64,000 nucleotides of DNA, taken from Anthoceros angustus (taxonomy: Eukaryota > Plantae > Anthocerotophyta). The notes beneath the pieces were generated by a model. That model did not search any database and was not told where the DNA came from. It was given only the letters and a program-made list of their open reading frames with translations. Of this stretch, positions 61,313 to 64,000 are shown in pieces. Location of the stretch: assembly GCA_010909165.1 (NCBI GenBank), contig VJWM01000108.1, forward strand, positions 310,001-374,000, read 5' to 3'. Made by a program: the position numbers and the translations under genes. The stretch's first letter is position 1; every line of letters starts with the position of its first letter.

Positions 61313-64000
61313 TCACGGTCGACCATTACAACTGCAATAACCATTTGTGAATCGATGCACACGGTAGCCATCCCTTACAACAATGTATCTTTGTTCAAGC
61401 CTTGACATGATCTCCGTGGAACTGTGGCAGTCACTGCACATGCGTAGATTCTTGGTTACCACCAGAGGTGTTCCACTGGGAGTGTTCAAGAGGCCAAAAG
61501 CCAGAGCTAGCTTCTCAGCATGTCCACAAAGCGCATCTTCCTTTCCCTTCTCAGACAGTGGCTTCAGCACCAACTTCGTGTGAGGTACGTGACCTCCTTC
61601 CTGCTTCAGACGCGCATTGGTGCTCTCTACCTTGAGCGCAATATCCTCTCTACTTTCTCCCACCAGAAATCTATGTACCTGCTTATTCACCTCAATAGTA
61701 GTAACTGCAGGTTTCTTGTTAGCTCCTGCTAACCTTCTCTGTGTTTCAATCCTGTCTACATCGGTCCACCTACCGGCATCTGCGTAGGCATTGGCCATGA
61801 GCACATATGCGGTCGCATCCTGGGAATCCAGCTTAACAATGCTTTCAAAGCACCACATAGCCCTCTCTATATCCCCGTGAATTTTGCAGGCATTCAACAA
61901 AGACGTCAAGGCCACAACATCACTTTGGCCCTCACATGATAATAGCATCTTCTCTGCCTCATCTAAATGGCCAGCACGCCCAAGAAGATCAATCATGCAA
62001 GTGTAATGCTCAATAGTAGGTTTGATGCCATGCTGTTCAGCCATTGAATCAAAGTTCTTGCGACCCTCACGGACCAGTCCCCCATGACTGCATGCTGCTA
62101 GAAGGGAGGTGAAAGTAGCACCATCAGGCTGAATACCGGCAACTAACATCTCCTCAAAACAAGCTAGTGCTCTCTGACCATCATCACAAGTACCATACCC
62201 AGATATCAGGGCATTCCATGTCACCGCATTCTTTGTGTTCATGGTGTCAAAAACCTGACGTGCATCGTTCATTTCACCACATTTTGCATACATGTCCACC
62301 AGGCAGGTACCCAACACTACGTTATCGAGCAGTCCTCGTCCGACAATCTGTGAGTGCAGCTGCCTGCCCTTCTGTAAGGCACCAGTGCTTCCACAGGCCC
62401 TCAGAAGGCATGCAAAAGTAACATGGTTAGCTAAAAGCAAGCCCTCCTGCTCCATTTGTCCATACACAACAAGCGCCTCATGTCCGAGCCCTTGCTGTGC
62501 ATACCCAGCAATCAGGGTGGTCCATGTCACCACATTCTTTGTGGCCAAGCTGTCAAAAACCTGGCGGGCATCTTTCAGTTCACCACATTTTGCATACATA
62601 TCCACCAGGCAGCTGCCCACCACGACGTCAGCCAGCAGTCCTCTTTCGACAATCTGTGAGTGCAGCTGCCTGCCCTTCTGTATGGCACCGGTGCTTCCAC
62701 AGGCCTTAAGAAGGCAAGCAAAAGTAACATGGTCAGCCAGAATAAGGCCTGACTCCTCCATTTGTCCATACACAAACAGTGCCTCTTGGCCGAATCCCTG
62801 CTTTGCATACCCAGCAATCAGAGCAGTCCATGTCACCACATTCTTTGTGGACAAACTGTCAAATACCTGGCGTGCATCCTTCAGTTCACCACATTTTGCA
62901 TACATGTCCACCAAGCAGGTGCCCACTACTACGTCATCCAGCAGTCCTCTTCAACTACCAGTGAGTGCAGCTGCCTGCCCTTCTGTAAGGCACCAGTGCT
63001 TCCACAGGCCTTCAGAAGGCAAGCAAAAGTAACATGGTCAGCCAAATGAGGCCCTCCTCCTCCATTTGTCCATACACAACAAGCGCCTCTTGGCGAGTCC
63101 TTGCTGTGCATACCCAGCAATCAGGGTCCATGTCACCACATCCTTTGTGGCCAAGCTGTCAAAAACCTGGCGTGCATCTTCCAGTTCACCACATTTTGCA
63201 TACATGTCCACCAGGCAGTTGCCCACCACGTGTCATCCAGCAGTCCTCTTTCACAATCTGTGAGTGCAGCTGCCTGCCCTTCTGTAAGGCACCAGTGCTT
63301 GCACAGGCCTTCAGAAGGCAAAAGTAACATGTCAGCCAAATGAGGCCCGCCTCCTCCATTTGTCCATACACAACAAGCGCCTCTTGGCGAGTCCTTGCTG
63401 TGCATACCCAGCAATCAGGGCATCCATGTCACCACATCCTTTGTGGCATGCTGTCAAAAACCTGGCGTGCATCTTCCAGTTCACCACATTTTGCATACAT
63501 GTCCACCAGGCAGGAGCCCACCTCTACTTCATCCAGCAGTCCTCTTTTGACAATCTGGGAGTGCAGCTGTCTGCCCTTCTGTAAGGCACCGGTGCTTCCA
63601 CAGGCCTTCAGAAGGCAAGCAAAAGTGACATGGTTAGCCAAAAGGAGTCCTTCCTGCTCCATTTGTCCATACACAACAAGCGCCTCATGTCCGAGCCCTT
63701 GCTGCACATAACCTGCAATCAGGGCAGTCCATGTTACCACATCCTTTGTGGCCAAGCTGTCAAAAACCTGGCGTGCATCTTTCAGTTCACCACATTTTGC
63801 ATACATATCCACCAGGCAGTTGCCCAACAAAACACCATCCAGCAGTCCTCTTCAACAATCTGTGAGTGCAGCTGCCTGCCCTTCTGTAAGGCACCAGTGC
63901 TTGCACAGGCCTTCAGAAGGCAAGCAAAAGTAACATGGTTAGCCAAAATCAGGCCCTCCTGCTCCATTTGTCCATACAGACAAGTGCCTCATGTCCGAGC
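61313..64000 (-). CDS. PLS-PPR-E-DYW protein of the DYW:KP (GRP) subclass, candidate U-to-C RNA editing factor; 5' part outside the window and frameshifted upstream of ~62950
   Basis: C-terminus KKPAVTTIEV...HVPHTKLVLKPLSEKGKEDALCGHAEKLALAFGLLNTPSGTPLVVTKNLRMCSDCH...CSCNGRP*. HxE and CxxC zinc ligands are intact, with the KP motif, HAE instead of HSE and a GRP end. Preceded by ~306-bp PLS triplet repeats. Confidence 0.92.

Noticed and set aside
62292-63711. Plus-strand ORFs (246 aa, 123 aa) with periodic sequence
   Set aside because: Antisense shadows of the PPR repeats.

Overview
Gene-dense nuclear DNA of a seed-free land plant. It is most likely a fern or another lineage with U-to-C organellar editing (hornwort or lycophyte); this is inferred from the PPR/DYW repertoire and short spliceosomal introns. 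Housekeeping genes: mitochondrial-type DnaJ (GFA2-like), tubulin cofactor D and a GRIP golgin (both intronless), RPL26, APC11, an XS-XH (IDN2/FDM-like) gene and two TFIIE-beta loci. There are five PLS-class PPR loci: three E-class genes whose L motifs carry a recurring ~16-aa insertion, a truncated PPR head fused to an OSB-type PDF motif, and a PPR-DYW:KP (HAEKLA...GRP) gene, the class linked to U-to-C editing, whose near-identical 306-bp repeats run off the window end. Mobile DNA: a decayed Copia element (47201-59479) interrupted in gag by a 7.46-kb TIR element with 30-bp CCCTA termini and a 3-bp TSD, four relics of a CRE-like RLE non-LTR element, a LINE relic, a probable solo LTR and several minisatellites. 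No rRNA, tRNA or CRISPR array was seen. Exon models were built by eye from splice signals and are not transcript-verified.
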